Shown here piece by piece: positions 36,534-45,402 of a stretch of 53,327 bases of DNA (its first letter is position 1; each line of letters begins with the position of its first letter). Source of the stretch: an uncultured Flavobacteriaceae bacterium (GTDB taxonomy: Bacteria; Bacteroidota; Bacteroidia; Flavobacteriales; Flavobacteriaceae). The notes beneath the pieces are model-generated. The model had not been told where the DNA came from. It did no database searches and saw nothing but the letters and a program-made list of their open reading frames with translations. Location: contig CAYPGZ010000001.1 in the NCBI GenBank assembly GCA_964410335.1, forward strand, positions 24,800 to 78,126. Direction: 5' to 3'. The translations under genes were made by a program, and so were the position numbers.

Positions 36534-37289
36534 TTACAGACTAATCGAAACTTCCGTTAGCACAAATAACTCCGATTCGGGATCGTGAAAATAATCTTCG
36601 TATTGATATTCCAATCCCAGAGAAATTTCGGTGTTTTCAAAAAGTTGATATCCTAAATCGGCGCCCACTCTTTGATCCAATTCCGGAGCCATAAATTTTC
36701 CAAAACTGAACAAAGTCTCGGTTTTTAGGCTGATAAAAAATTCATTTTGGTTATGTTTCGCACCCTCCAATGGAATTTCCACGGAAATTCTGTAACGCGA
36801 ACGAAATGCGGTTTGATCCTCAAAACGGTTTTCATATCGCAAGCGGTGAGCGATTTTCAGTGTGTTGTATTTCCTCGAATAACCGTACTGGGCGGTAAGA
36901 CGAATTTCATCATGTGCACTTTCTTCAAAAATTTCGAGCGAGCGTATTTTTAAACCTAAGCTGAGTTTTCCATAAAGCCCTACCTCATAATTGCTGAAGT
37001 GCTGAATATCCAGAAACAAAGCTTGAAATTGGGTTTCTTCGTTTTCATAGATAGCATTTCGTTCGGAAAGTGCAAAATTGAAGGACCATCGCGAGGAATC
37101 ACTCTTAAAGTCTAAAGCGATTTGGGGTTCATAAAAAGCGGATAATTCTTCTTGAGCAAATAATCCTTGAAGAGGAAGCAACAAGAATAAAAAATAAAAA
37201 AAAAGTTTAGAACAAGAAGAATGAAGGGGACTCGAAGCTGATTTCCCTTTTTTGTACAAAATTTCCGTGGTGGTCAAAAAGCAGTTCAT
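36534..37289 (-). CDS. DUF2490-like outer-membrane beta-barrel protein (hypothetical)
   Basis: Signal peptide LFFYFLFLLLPLQGLFA|QEE; alternating beta-strand pattern with RLRYENRF / RSRYRISVEIPL segments. Start unresolved: ATG 37307, ATG 37289 or TTG 37259. Every option overlaps the upstream gene (53-101 nt) in another frame. Confidence 0.5.
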   Translation of the reverse strand: MNCFLTTTEILYKKGKSASSPLHSSCSKLFFYFLFLLLPLQGLFAQEELSAFYEPQIALDFKSDSSRWSFNFALSERNAIYENEETQFQALFLDIQHFSNYEVGLYGKLSLGLKIRSLEIFEESAHDEIRLTAQYGYSRKYNTLKIAHRLRYENRFEDQTAFRSRYRISVEIPLEGAKHNQNEFFISLKTETLFSFGKFMAPELDQRVGADLGYQLFENTEISLGLEYQYEDYFHDPESELFVLTEVSISL

Positions 37290-37842
37290 ATTTTTTTCTG
37301 AGTCCATCGTTTCTCACTGCAACAACAAGTTCATAATTGTCAGCGGTATATTCCTTAAAATTCAGTGCAACCTCAAAAGTTTGATTAGGACTCCTTTTTG
37401 GTAAAAATTGAGCCTGTATTTTTTCGATATTGTATAAATCATTCTCTGTGTCGAGGTAAACCTCAATCTTATTCCGCACCGGTTCAGGAAGCCTATTTTT
37501 TTTCACTGCAATCTCAATGTCCTGCAAACCTCCTGCCTTGCTAAATTCTATACTGAAAACATGTTTTTTAAATTTGAACTTGGCTTCAAAACTTTCTTTC
37601 TCCCCGTCTTGTTCAAAATAAAAACGTTCCCACCTGATATTTTTAGGAACTTGCGCTTCATACAAAACCACAGCCTTCCGGGGCATTTCAGCTTTGTCGA
37701 TTCGTTTTTCGACTTCCTTTTTTTCCTGTGAGAAAACCGCAAAACTAATCAGAAAAAACAATATGGAAAATGCTATTTTCGATTTTTGTGTAAAACCTGT
37801 CTTGAAGCACTCTTGAATGATTTTTATTAAAGCAGTATTCAT
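37207..37842 (-). CDS. hypothetical secreted protein (possibly PepSY-like fold)
   Basis: 211 aa; signal/anchor IAFSILFFLISFAVFS|QEKK; repeated beta-rich K/E segments; start codon overlaps the tag stop (ATGA). The family assignment is a weak guess. Confidence 0.45.
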   Translation of the reverse strand: MNTALIKIIQECFKTGFTQKSKIAFSILFFLISFAVFSQEKKEVEKRIDKAEMPRKAVVLYEAQVPKNIRWERFYFEQDGEKESFEAKFKFKKHVFSIEFSKAGGLQDIEIAVKKNRLPEPVRNKIEVYLDTENDLYNIEKIQAQFLPKRSPNQTFEVALNFKEYTADNYELVVAVRNDGLRKKYELLFDHHGNFVQKREISFESPSFFLF

Positions 37843-38450
37843 TTATTTTGTTTCGATAATTCTTTATGTCGAAAACAGGAAACCTCATGATCGTTTACCA
37901 TTCCCGTGGCTTGCATATGTGAATAAATAATAGTCGAACCCACGAATTTAAATCCGCGTTTTTTCAAGTCTTTACTAATTTTATCACTCATCGCAGTGGT
38001 GATAGGAACTTGCGATTTGTCTCTCCATTTGTTTTGAATGGTTTTTCCCTCCACAAAGTCCCAAATATATTTGTTGAAACTTCCAAATTCCTCCCGGATT
38101 TTTAAAAAAGCACGGGCATTTGTAATGGTTGACCGAATTTTTAATTTATTGCGAATGATTCCTGTGTCCTTCATAAGAGAGTCGATTTTACTTTCAGAAT
38201 AGGTAGCAATCTTCTCAAAATCAAAGTCATCAAAAGCTTTTCTGAAGTTTTCACGCTTGCGCAAAATTGTAATCCAACTCAAACCGGCCTGGAAACCTTC
38301 TAAAACCAAAAACTCAAAAAGTTTTCGGTCATTATGCAAGGGAACTCCCCATTCCTGGTCGTGATATTTTTCATAAAGCGGATCACCAAGGCACCATCCA
38401 CAACGCTTAACCTCAGAAATAGCATGCTGTTTATTCAAATTATTGTTCAT
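37839..38450 (-). CDS. tag: DNA-3-methyladenine glycosylase I
   Basis: 203 aa; RCGWCLGDPLYEKYHDQEWGVP zinc-snap N-terminus; LFEFLVLEGFQAGLSW; IYSHMQATGMVNDH. Confidence 0.9.
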   Translation of the reverse strand: MNNNLNKQHAISEVKRCGWCLGDPLYEKYHDQEWGVPLHNDRKLFEFLVLEGFQAGLSWITILRKRENFRKAFDDFDFEKIATYSESKIDSLMKDTGIIRNKLKIRSTITNARAFLKIREEFGSFNKYIWDFVEGKTIQNKWRDKSQVPITTAMSDKISKDLKKRGFKFVGSTIIYSHMQATGMVNDHEVSCFRHKELSKQNK

Positions 38451-38640
38451 CTGAAAATGTTTTGCAAATTTCGTTCTAAAATAACAAGTTTTTATGGGGT
38501 AAACGGAAACTTAGCAATAAAATAAGCTTATGGAAACACGGGCATAACCCTATATGTTATTTCATAATCACCTTGATTTTGAGCGATTTCAATAGCATAA
38601 ATACTTTGAGATATAAAATTTCATTCTGATTCAAAAGGCT

Positions 38641-38648
38641 TAATTTTG
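38641..38648 (+). promoter_or_regulatory. candidate -7 box (TAATTTTG) for mnmA
   Basis: Exact TAnnTTTG, 73 nt upstream of the ATG at 38722. Confidence 0.3.
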
Positions 38649-38721
38649 CATTTTCAAAAAACGAGAGAGATGTTAGGTTTTACTTTTTGAAACGCCTAAT
38701 ATTCCACGATATAATATAATC

Positions 38722-39930
38722 ATGAAACGAGTAGTTGTAGGTCTTAGTGGGGGAGTAGATTCCAGTGTTGCTGCATACCTTTTGAAAAAACAAGGCTATG
38801 AGGTTATTGGATTATTCATGAAAAACTGGCACGACGATTCTGTGACCATCAGCGACGAATGTCCGTGGTTAGAAGACAGCAACGATGCGATGTTGGTAGC
38901 CGAAAAACTTGGAATTCCTTTTCAAACAATCGATTTGAGCGAGATTTATAAAGAGCGCATCGTCGATTATATGTTTCGAGAATACGAACAAGGACGCACT
39001 CCCAATCCCGATGTGCTTTGCAATCGGGAAATCAAGTTTGATGTGTTTATGAAAATTGCTCTGGAATTGGGAGCAGATTTTGTAGCCACCGGCCATTATT
39101 GTAGAAAAACCGAAACCACCGTCAATGGAAAAACGATGTATGGTTTGTTGAGTGGAAATGATCCCAATAAAGATCAGTCCTATTTTTTATGTCAGCTTTC
39201 TCAAGAACAACTGGCAAAAACTCTATTTACAATTGGAGAACTTAAAAAAAGTGAAGTTCGGGAAATTGCGACAGTGCAAGGACTGGCTACAGCCGAAAAA
39301 AAAGATTCCCAGGGTTTATGTTTTATAGGAAAAGTGCGGCTGCCGGACTTTCTTCAACAAAAACTAAAACCTAAAGAAGGTGATATTGTGGAAATACCCG
39401 CCGGAGAAAGTTTATATAATAAGGACACCCCGGATTTTGAGGATAAAATTTCAGAGCTTCAGTTCTTGTCTGAAAAATATCAATATTTGCCCACGGATGG
39501 AAAAAAAGTTGGAAAACATCAAGGAGCACACTATTTCACTGTGGGACAGCGAAAAGGTTTGGCCGTAGGGGGAACACCCGAACCGCTTTTTGTAATCGGC
39601 ACCGATGTGGAAAATAATATTATCTACACTGGCCAAGGCAAAGACCATCCCGGTTTGTTGCGGAAAGGACTTTTTGTGAAACCCGAGGAAATCCATTGGA
39701 TAAGGCCGGATTTGGCCTTACAACCCAATGAAAGTATGAAAGTTCGTGCGAGAATTCGATATCGTCAACCTTTGGAAGAAGCAACTTTATATCAAACTGA
39801 AAATCTCTCTTCGGAGCAGCCCGGCGGACTTTATGTGATTTTTGATCGCCCTCAAACGGCCATTACCGAAGGACAATTTGTAGCTTGGTATTTGGGAGAG
39901 GAATTGGTGGGTTCGGGAGTAATTTCGTAA
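38722..39930 (+). CDS. mnmA: tRNA 2-thiouridine(34) synthase
   Basis: 402 aa; PP-loop [18 protein letters not shown]; [12 protein letters not shown]; DSQGLCFIG. Confidence 0.92.
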   Translation: MKRVVVGLSGGVDSSVAAYLLKKQGYEVIGLFMKNWHDDSVTISDECPWLEDSNDAMLVAEKLGIPFQTIDLSEIYKERIVDYMFREYEQGRTPNPDVLCNREIKFDVFMKIALELGADFVATGHYCRKTETTVNGKTMYGLLSGNDPNKDQSYFLCQLSQEQLAKTLFTIGELKKSEVREIATVQGLATAEKKDSQGLCFIGKVRLPDFLQQKLKPKEGDIVEIPAGESLYNKDTPDFEDKISELQFLSEKYQYLPTDGKKVGKHQGAHYFTVGQRKGLAVGGTPEPLFVIGTDVENNIIYTGQGKDHPGLLRKGLFVKPEEIHWIRPDLALQPNESMKVRARIRYRQPLEEATLYQTENLSSEQPGGLYVIFDRPQTAITEGQFVAWYLGEELVGSGVIS

Positions 39931-40000
39931 TTTGGCAATCTCCACTTGCAACGCAATTATATTTAAAACTTGCTTAGTAAGAGATTTTATTCAAAATCCA

Positions 40001-41611
40001 ATGAAACAGCTATTAGTCTTATTTTTTATTTTATTCGGTATTTCGGCTTCTGCACAAAATGAAGATGCATGGGTTTATTTCACGGATAAACAAAATGTTG
40101 CTTCCTCTCTTGCCAACCCCATTCTTATTTTAACCCAAGAGGCAATCGATCGGAAAAATCTTCACGGCACACCCATTGATGCGCGAGATGTTCCGATAAA
40201 TTCAAACTATATCACACAAATAAAATCACAGCCCGGAATTAGTGTGCTTGCCAAATCAAAATGGTTTAATTGCGTCTATGTTCGAGGAAATCAGAGTGAT
40301 ATTTCCGCCTTGATGAATCTCTCTTTTGTCGATAGTGTGGAATATGCAAAACATTCGCTAAACACTGCCCCCAAAACAAATTTTCCTCAATCCAAATCAA
40401 AATTTCACTTGTTTAAAACCCAAACAGATTTTGATTATGGTGACGCCACCAATCAAGTGGAAATGATAAATGCAGATTATCTTCACCAACAAGGTTATAC
40501 CGGCGAAGGAATTACGATGGCTCTTATGGATGCAGGTTTTCCGGGAGTGGATGTGATTGCACCTTTTCAACGGATGAGGAACAATAATGATTTGCTCGAC
40601 GGATATGATTTTGTAGATAAAACCGATAACGAATTTGCTTTTTCGAGTTCCTCACACGGAACTGCGGTTTTGAGTACGATTACGGGTTTTATTCAAAACC
40701 AATATGTAGGCACAGCACCCGATGTGGGGGTTTATCTTTTTCGTACTGAAGATGTTTGGAGCGAAACCCCTGTGGAAATGGCTTATTGGGTTGAAGCCGC
40801 GGAACGCGCCGATAGTTTGGGGGTATTTTTGCTCAGTACTTCCCTGGGTTATAGTGATTTTGATGATCCGGGCACTAGTTTTCAACCTTCGGATATGGAT
40901 GGAAAAACCACTTTTATCTCAAAAGGAGCAAGCGTAGCTTTTGAAAAGGGAATGTTGGTAGTGAATTCTGCAGGCAATGAAGGCAACAATTCATGGGGAA
41001 TAATCACCGCGCCGGCAGATTCTCCCGGGGTTTTGGCAGTAGGAGCGGTGGATGAACTCGGAAATTACGCCTCGTTCAGTTCCATCGGACCCAGTGCAGA
41101 CGGCAGGGTGAAGCCCGATGTGGTTGCCCAGGGGCAATCTACGGCAATTATTGGAGCTTCAGGAAATATAGGAACTTCAAACGGGACTTCTTTTAGTGGT
41201 CCGATTATTGCCGGGGCAATTGCCAGTTTGTGGCAAGCCGATCCGAGCAAAACCAATGTGGAAATCATGGATGCCGTGCGTCAATCCGCTTCACAATATA
41301 ACAATCCCGATGCTTTTTTGGGCTATGGAATTCCTAATTTTCAAATCGCTTTGGCGGATGTGCTTGCCACCTCAGAAAATTTTTTCAATCCTGAAATAAT
41401 ATTTTATCCGAATCCTGTTAACGACAAATTGTATATAGAAAAACCACATTCAAATAGGATTAAAATTCAACTGTTCTCCCTGCTGGGACGCAAGTTAGCT
41501 GAATATGAGAATCCCGAAATTATTGATTTTTCAAAATATGAGAAGGGGATATATTTTCTAAAAATAAGTTCTGACAATCATATCTCTACAGAGAAAATCA
41601 TTAAAAAATAA
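40001..41611 (+). CDS. S8 (subtilisin-family) serine peptidase with T9SS C-terminal sorting domain
   Basis: ATG at 40001 gives the signal peptide MKQLLVLFFILFGISASA|QNE; catalytic Asp (ALMDAGF), His (SSHGTAVLS) and Ser (SNGTSFSGP); CTD IFYPNPVNDKLYIE...GIYFLKISSDNHISTEKIIKK. Confidence 0.85.
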   Translation: MKQLLVLFFILFGISASAQNEDAWVYFTDKQNVASSLANPILILTQEAIDRKNLHGTPIDARDVPINSNYITQIKSQPGISVLAKSKWFNCVYVRGNQSDISALMNLSFVDSVEYAKHSLNTAPKTNFPQSKSKFHLFKTQTDFDYGDATNQVEMINADYLHQQGYTGEGITMALMDAGFPGVDVIAPFQRMRNNNDLLDGYDFVDKTDNEFAFSSSSHGTAVLSTITGFIQNQYVGTAPDVGVYLFRTEDVWSETPVEMAYWVEAAERADSLGVFLLSTSLGYSDFDDPGTSFQPSDMDGKTTFISKGASVAFEKGMLVVNSAGNEGNNSWGIITAPADSPGVLAVGAVDELGNYASFSSIGPSADGRVKPDVVAQGQSTAIIGASGNIGTSNGTSFSGPIIAGAIASLWQADPSKTNVEIMDAVRQSASQYNNPDAFLGYGIPNFQIALADVLATSENFFNPEIIFYPNPVNDKLYIEKPHSNRIKIQLFSLLGRKLAEYENPEIIDFSKYEKGIYFLKISSDNHISTEKIIKK

Positions 41612-41614
41612 TTC

Positions 41615-42556
41615 ATGCAAAATCGCATCACTTCTCTTTTCAATATAGACTATCCCATTATTCAGGCCGGTATGATTTGGGCCAGTGGTTGGCGCCTTGC
41701 CAGTGCCGTGAGCAATGCCGGAGGATTGGGCATTATCGGCTCAGGATCAATGTATCCCGATGTTTTACGGGAGCATATCCAAAAGTGCAAAAAAGCCACC
41801 GACAGACCTTTTGCGGTGAATGTGCCCTTGATGTATCCACAAATACAGGAAATTATGGATATCATCGTGGAAGAAGGAGTGAAGATAGTTTTCACTTCAG
41901 CGGGAAATCCCAAAACCTTTACTTCCTTTTTAAAAGAGAAAGGAATTAAAGTGGTGCATGTGGTGAGCAGTGTGAAATTTGCACGCAAAGCTGAAGAAGC
42001 CGGAGTGGATGCGGTTGTTGCAGAGGGCTTTGAGGCCGGAGGACATAACGGTCGTGAAGAAACCACAACTTTCACCTTAATTCCCATGGTTGCAGAAAAG
42101 ATTAAAATTCCTTTGATTGCCGCCGGAGGAATTGCTACCGGTCGCGGGATGCTTGCTGCAATGGTTTTGGGTGCAGAAGCTGTGCAAATGGGAAGCCGAT
42201 TTGTGGCGAGCAAGGAGGCTTCTTCACATCAAAAGTTTAAAGAACTCGTCGTGAATATTGAAGAGGGACAAACCCAACTTACCTTGAAAGAACTCGCACC
42301 GGTACGCATGATTAAAAATAAATTTTTTGAGGATATCATGGCACTCTATAAAACCGGACCGACCAAAGAGGAATTGGAACAACTTTTGGGCAGGGCACGG
42401 GCAAAAAAAGGAATGTTTGAAGGTGATTTGGAAGAAGGAGAGCTTGAAATAGGCCAAATAAGTGGTTTGATAAACGATATAAAACCGGCTGCAGATATCG
42501 TGAAAGATGTTTGGAAAGAATTTTTGGAAGCCAAAAAAGAAGTTGCCGAATTATAA
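41615..42556 (+). CDS. NAD(P)H-dependent flavin oxidoreductase (nitronate monooxygenase / FabK-like family)
   Basis: 313 aa; YPIIQAGMIWASGWRLASAVSNAGGLGIIG; AEGFEAGGHNG; IAAGGIATGRGMLAA; starts 3 nt after the S8 peptidase stop. Confidence 0.82.
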   Translation: MQNRITSLFNIDYPIIQAGMIWASGWRLASAVSNAGGLGIIGSGSMYPDVLREHIQKCKKATDRPFAVNVPLMYPQIQEIMDIIVEEGVKIVFTSAGNPKTFTSFLKEKGIKVVHVVSSVKFARKAEEAGVDAVVAEGFEAGGHNGREETTTFTLIPMVAEKIKIPLIAAGGIATGRGMLAAMVLGAEAVQMGSRFVASKEASSHQKFKELVVNIEEGQTQLTLKELAPVRMIKNKFFEDIMALYKTGPTKEELEQLLGRARAKKGMFEGDLEEGELEIGQISGLINDIKPAADIVKDVWKEFLEAKKEVAEL

Positions 42557-42619
42557 GTTTTTTCAATACTCATTCTCCCAAATCAAACTCCCGCTATCTT
42601 CTACATCAATCGCTTTCAA

Positions 42620-42627
42620 TATCTTTG
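42620..42627 (+). promoter_or_regulatory. candidate -7 box (TATCTTTG) for the ECF sigma gene
   Basis: Exact TAnnTTTG, 15 nt upstream of the in-frame TTG at 42643; lies inside the longer 42511 ORF and argues against that start. Confidence 0.4.
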
Positions 42628-42642
42628 CCAAAAACCAAAATC

Positions 42643-43206
42643 TTGCAGAGAGACGAAGAACAATTGGTGCGCCGATTGCAAAATGACAAAACAGTTGATG
42701 CAGCTTTTCGCGAACTCGTGGATTTGCACAAGGAACGGCTCTATTGGCATATTCGTAGTATTGTGAAAAACCATGACGATGCAGACGATGTGTTGCAAAA
42801 TGTTTTTCTAAAAATTTTTCGGAATATCAAAAAATTCAAAGGAGAGAGCAAGCTTTTCAGTTGGATGTATCGTATTGCCACAAATGAATCCATCACTTTT
42901 TTAAATTCGAAGGCAAGAAAATTAAAGATTTCCAACGAAGAATTGCAAGAGAAACTGGTGGAAAACCTTGAAAGCGATATTTATTTTGAAGGTACACATG
43001 CTGAACTTCAGCTTCAAAAAGCCATTTCCACCCTACCCGAAAAACAACGATTGGTTTTTAATATGCGTTATTTTCAGGAAATGAAATATAGCGAAATGGC
43101 TGAAATTTTGGAAGTTACTGAGGGTTCTCTGAAATCCAATTATCATCATGCCACCAAAAAAATTGAAACCTATCTGAAGGAAAACGGCACTTTGATTGAC
43201 CTTTAA
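42643..43206 (+). CDS. ECF-type RNA polymerase sigma-70 family factor
   Basis: Region 2 (LYWHIRSIVKNHDDADDVLQNVFLKIFRN, SWMYRIATNESI) and region 4 (LPEKQRLVFNMRYFQEMKYSEMAEILEVTEGSLKSNYHHATKKI). There is no ATG between 42511 and the conserved core, so a TTG at 42643 is proposed (MQRDEEQLVRRLQ). Confidence 0.75.
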   Translation: MQRDEEQLVRRLQNDKTVDAAFRELVDLHKERLYWHIRSIVKNHDDADDVLQNVFLKIFRNIKKFKGESKLFSWMYRIATNESITFLNSKARKLKISNEELQEKLVENLESDIYFEGTHAELQLQKAISTLPEKQRLVFNMRYFQEMKYSEMAEILEVTEGSLKSNYHHATKKIETYLKENGTLIDL

Positions 43207-43282
43207 AGGGAAAACTTTGGCCTTTAAACAAGGATAAAAAAGAAATTAAACTATTCAACATAAACAGAGTCAAAGTACTGAG

Positions 43283-43771
43283 ATGAAAAAAACTTTTGGA
43301 CATAAATCAGGTTTCAGGATTCCCGAAAATTATTTTGAGGAATTTGAAACACGTTTATTTGTTGAAATTAAAAAAGAAACTTCCAAAAGTAAAAAAATTG
43401 CTTCCGGGTTCAAGGTTCCCGAAGGCTATTTTGATAATTTCGAGGTATCGCCTCAAAAGGAAACCAAGCTTATCCCCCTTTTCAAAAACAAAAAAGTTTG
43501 GGCTTATGCCTCAAGCGTTGCAGCTATATTCATCTTGGCTTTGTTGATATTTACACCAAATACAACCCAAAACCTTTCTTTTGCCACTCTTGATGAAGAA
43601 AATCTAGAAATGTATTTTGAAAGCGGGCAAATTGATTTTTTCAATATGGAATCACAAATTTTGCTATTGGAAGATGCTGTACTTGGGCAAACCACATTTG
43701 AAGGAATCAGCGATGAGGCTATTTTGGATTATTTAGCAACGCAGGATGAATTATCATTTATAGACCGATAA
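43283..43771 (+). CDS. putative single-pass anti-sigma factor (hypothetical)
   Basis: 162 aa; position directly after the ECF sigma gene; duplicated cytoplasmic motif GFRIPENYFEEFE / GFKVPEGYFDNFE; one TM helix (WAYASSVAAIFILALLIF); acidic periplasmic tail. Confidence 0.5.
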   Translation: MKKTFGHKSGFRIPENYFEEFETRLFVEIKKETSKSKKIASGFKVPEGYFDNFEVSPQKETKLIPLFKNKKVWAYASSVAAIFILALLIFTPNTTQNLSFATLDEENLEMYFESGQIDFFNMESQILLLEDAVLGQTTFEGISDEAILDYLATQDELSFIDR

Positions 43772-43772
43772 T

Positions 43773-44213
43773 ATGATGAAAACCGGATTGTTTTTTTTAA
43801 TGATGTGTATTTTTTCTGTGGCGGGAATAGCTCAGGAAAAAGATAACGACGAAATTGAAGCACTGAAAATCGCTTACATTACCGATGCGCTCAATCTCAG
43901 CACGAGCGAGGCTCAAGAGTTTTGGCCTGTTTACAATGAATACAACAAAAAATGGGAAAAATACCGAAGTCAGTTGAGTTGTAATGTCTATGACCAAATG
44001 GACGAATTGAATAAAATGACCGACGCCGAAGCCGAAAAATTGCTGAGAGAATATATGGGACTTCGGGAAAAAGAAAACCAATGGCGTAAAGATTATGTCA
44101 AGGATCTAAAAAAAGTTATCTCCGCAAAACGGATTATGATGCTTAAAAAAGCGGAATATGAGTTTCACAAAAAACTCTTGAAAGAATACCGTTCCGGAAA
44201 AAAGGACGGTTAA
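43773..44213 (+). CDS. periplasmic Spy/CpxP-like helical protein (the so-called sensor of ECF-type sigma factor family)
   Basis: 146 aa; signal peptide; LNLSTSEAQEFWPVYNEYNKK pattern; K/E-rich helices; starts 1 nt after the preceding stop. Confidence 0.55.
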   Translation: MMKTGLFFLMMCIFSVAGIAQEKDNDEIEALKIAYITDALNLSTSEAQEFWPVYNEYNKKWEKYRSQLSCNVYDQMDELNKMTDAEAEKLLREYMGLREKENQWRKDYVKDLKKVISAKRIMMLKKAEYEFHKKLLKEYRSGKKDG

Positions 44214-44246
44214 TTTTTGTTTTTCATGATTAGGTTGGTTAGTAAG

Positions 44247-44273
44247 CCCCGGGCGAAAGTCTGGGGTTTTTTT
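44247..44273. terminator. rho-independent terminator between convergent genes
   Basis: ccccgg-gcgaaagt-ctgggg stem (one G-U) followed by T7; lies between the 44213 (+) and 44290 (-) gene ends. Confidence 0.6.
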
Positions 44274-44289
44274 ATCCTCTCAGAATCTA

Positions 44290-45321
44290 TTACCATTTGA
44301 AAGCAATCTTACTGATTTTATTTTTTCCCGCAGCATAAGCAGTGGAATCATCGAGAAAACGCAGGGTGTAAAACCCTTCATCGGATATTTTTTTCCATGT
44401 TTTTCCTTCATCAATAGAGGCAGAAATTCCTGAAGGGCCTACCGCAATTAGTTTTTTCCCCTCTTGATTGGGTGCAAACTGCACACAACTTTTATATCCC
44501 GGAGGATTACCCCGGGAAACCAGACTCCATGTTTTTCCACCATCGGTTGAGATTGCTTTGTTTTTTTGATTTTCCTCCGGTTGGGTGTAATCTCCCCCGA
44601 TGATAAATCCCTTATTTTCATCATAAAAATCAATGGAATACCCGCCTGTTGTCGGTTTGCCCTGAACCAAAGGGGTTTCATAAATTTCCCAAGTTTTCCC
44701 TTTATCTTCAGAAAAATAAACTCTGGATTTTGTGCCTCCGGAGATCATCCAAATCTTCTCATTTACGATGCTGATGTTTGAATTACTCGCGGCAAAAGCA
44801 ACTTCTCCTTCTTCTATTGGGGACAATTTTTCGCATGGAACTTTCTCCCAACTATTTCCACCGTTTCGGGTGATGATTACTGACATACAATCTTGGGTAG
44901 GATCTCCGAAAGCCAGCCCTTCTCTTTCATTCCAAAAAGCCATGGAATCATAGAAGACCAGAGGATCATCCTCGATATACATCAATTCATGCGATCCGGA
45001 AATATTGGTTTTGTAGAGCAAAGCCGGATGCGCAATACTTAATAAATATTGAGCATTTTTTGTAGAGGCAACTGCCCGAAAACCGGGAAAAACTGAATCA
45101 TTTTCTATGCGATATTGAATTTTATCCTTTGGATTTTTCAGATTGATATATCCGTATTTTCCATTATCACCGGAATAAAAAAGATGAGTTTCCGTAAATG
45201 CAATTGCCCGTACACTAATCGAATCTTCCAAAACCGGAGAAATATGGATTTGGATTGGATTTTGAGAAAGAGTCAACTTGACAAGGAAGAACAAACTCAA
45301 GAAAAAAAAATAAGTTTTCAT
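44290..45321 (-). CDS. BNR/Asp-box repeat beta-propeller protein (Ycf48-like)
   Basis: 343 aa; signal peptide; four Asp-box motifs (TRNGGNSWEK, SEDKGKTWEI, STDGGKTWSL, SIDEGKTWKK). Confidence 0.7.
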   Translation of the reverse strand: MKTYFFFLSLFFLVKLTLSQNPIQIHISPVLEDSISVRAIAFTETHLFYSGDNGKYGYINLKNPKDKIQYRIENDSVFPGFRAVASTKNAQYLLSIAHPALLYKTNISGSHELMYIEDDPLVFYDSMAFWNEREGLAFGDPTQDCMSVIITRNGGNSWEKVPCEKLSPIEEGEVAFAASNSNISIVNEKIWMISGGTKSRVYFSEDKGKTWEIYETPLVQGKPTTGGYSIDFYDENKGFIIGGDYTQPEENQKNKAISTDGGKTWSLVSRGNPPGYKSCVQFAPNQEGKKLIAVGPSGISASIDEGKTWKKISDEGFYTLRFLDDSTAYAAGKNKISKIAFKW

Positions 45322-45370
45322 AGGACAATCAATTTAAAGGATCAAAAATAAACATTCACTCGCAAAAGGT

Positions 45371-45378
45371 TACCTTTG
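45371..45378 (+). promoter_or_regulatory. candidate -7 box (TACCTTTG) for rsmB
   Basis: Exact TAnnTTTG, 24 nt upstream of the ATG at 45403; overlaps the earlier 45376 track start and argues against it. Confidence 0.4.
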
Positions 45379-45402
45379 TGCCCTTTAACTGAAAATATAA
45401 TA

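Noticed and set aside
38451-38721. 271-bp tag / mnmA divergent region examined for a riboswitch or T-box-like leader
   Set aside because: I saw no conserved riboswitch core motifs or extended stems, only one -7 box. No claim can be made without covariance-model scanning.
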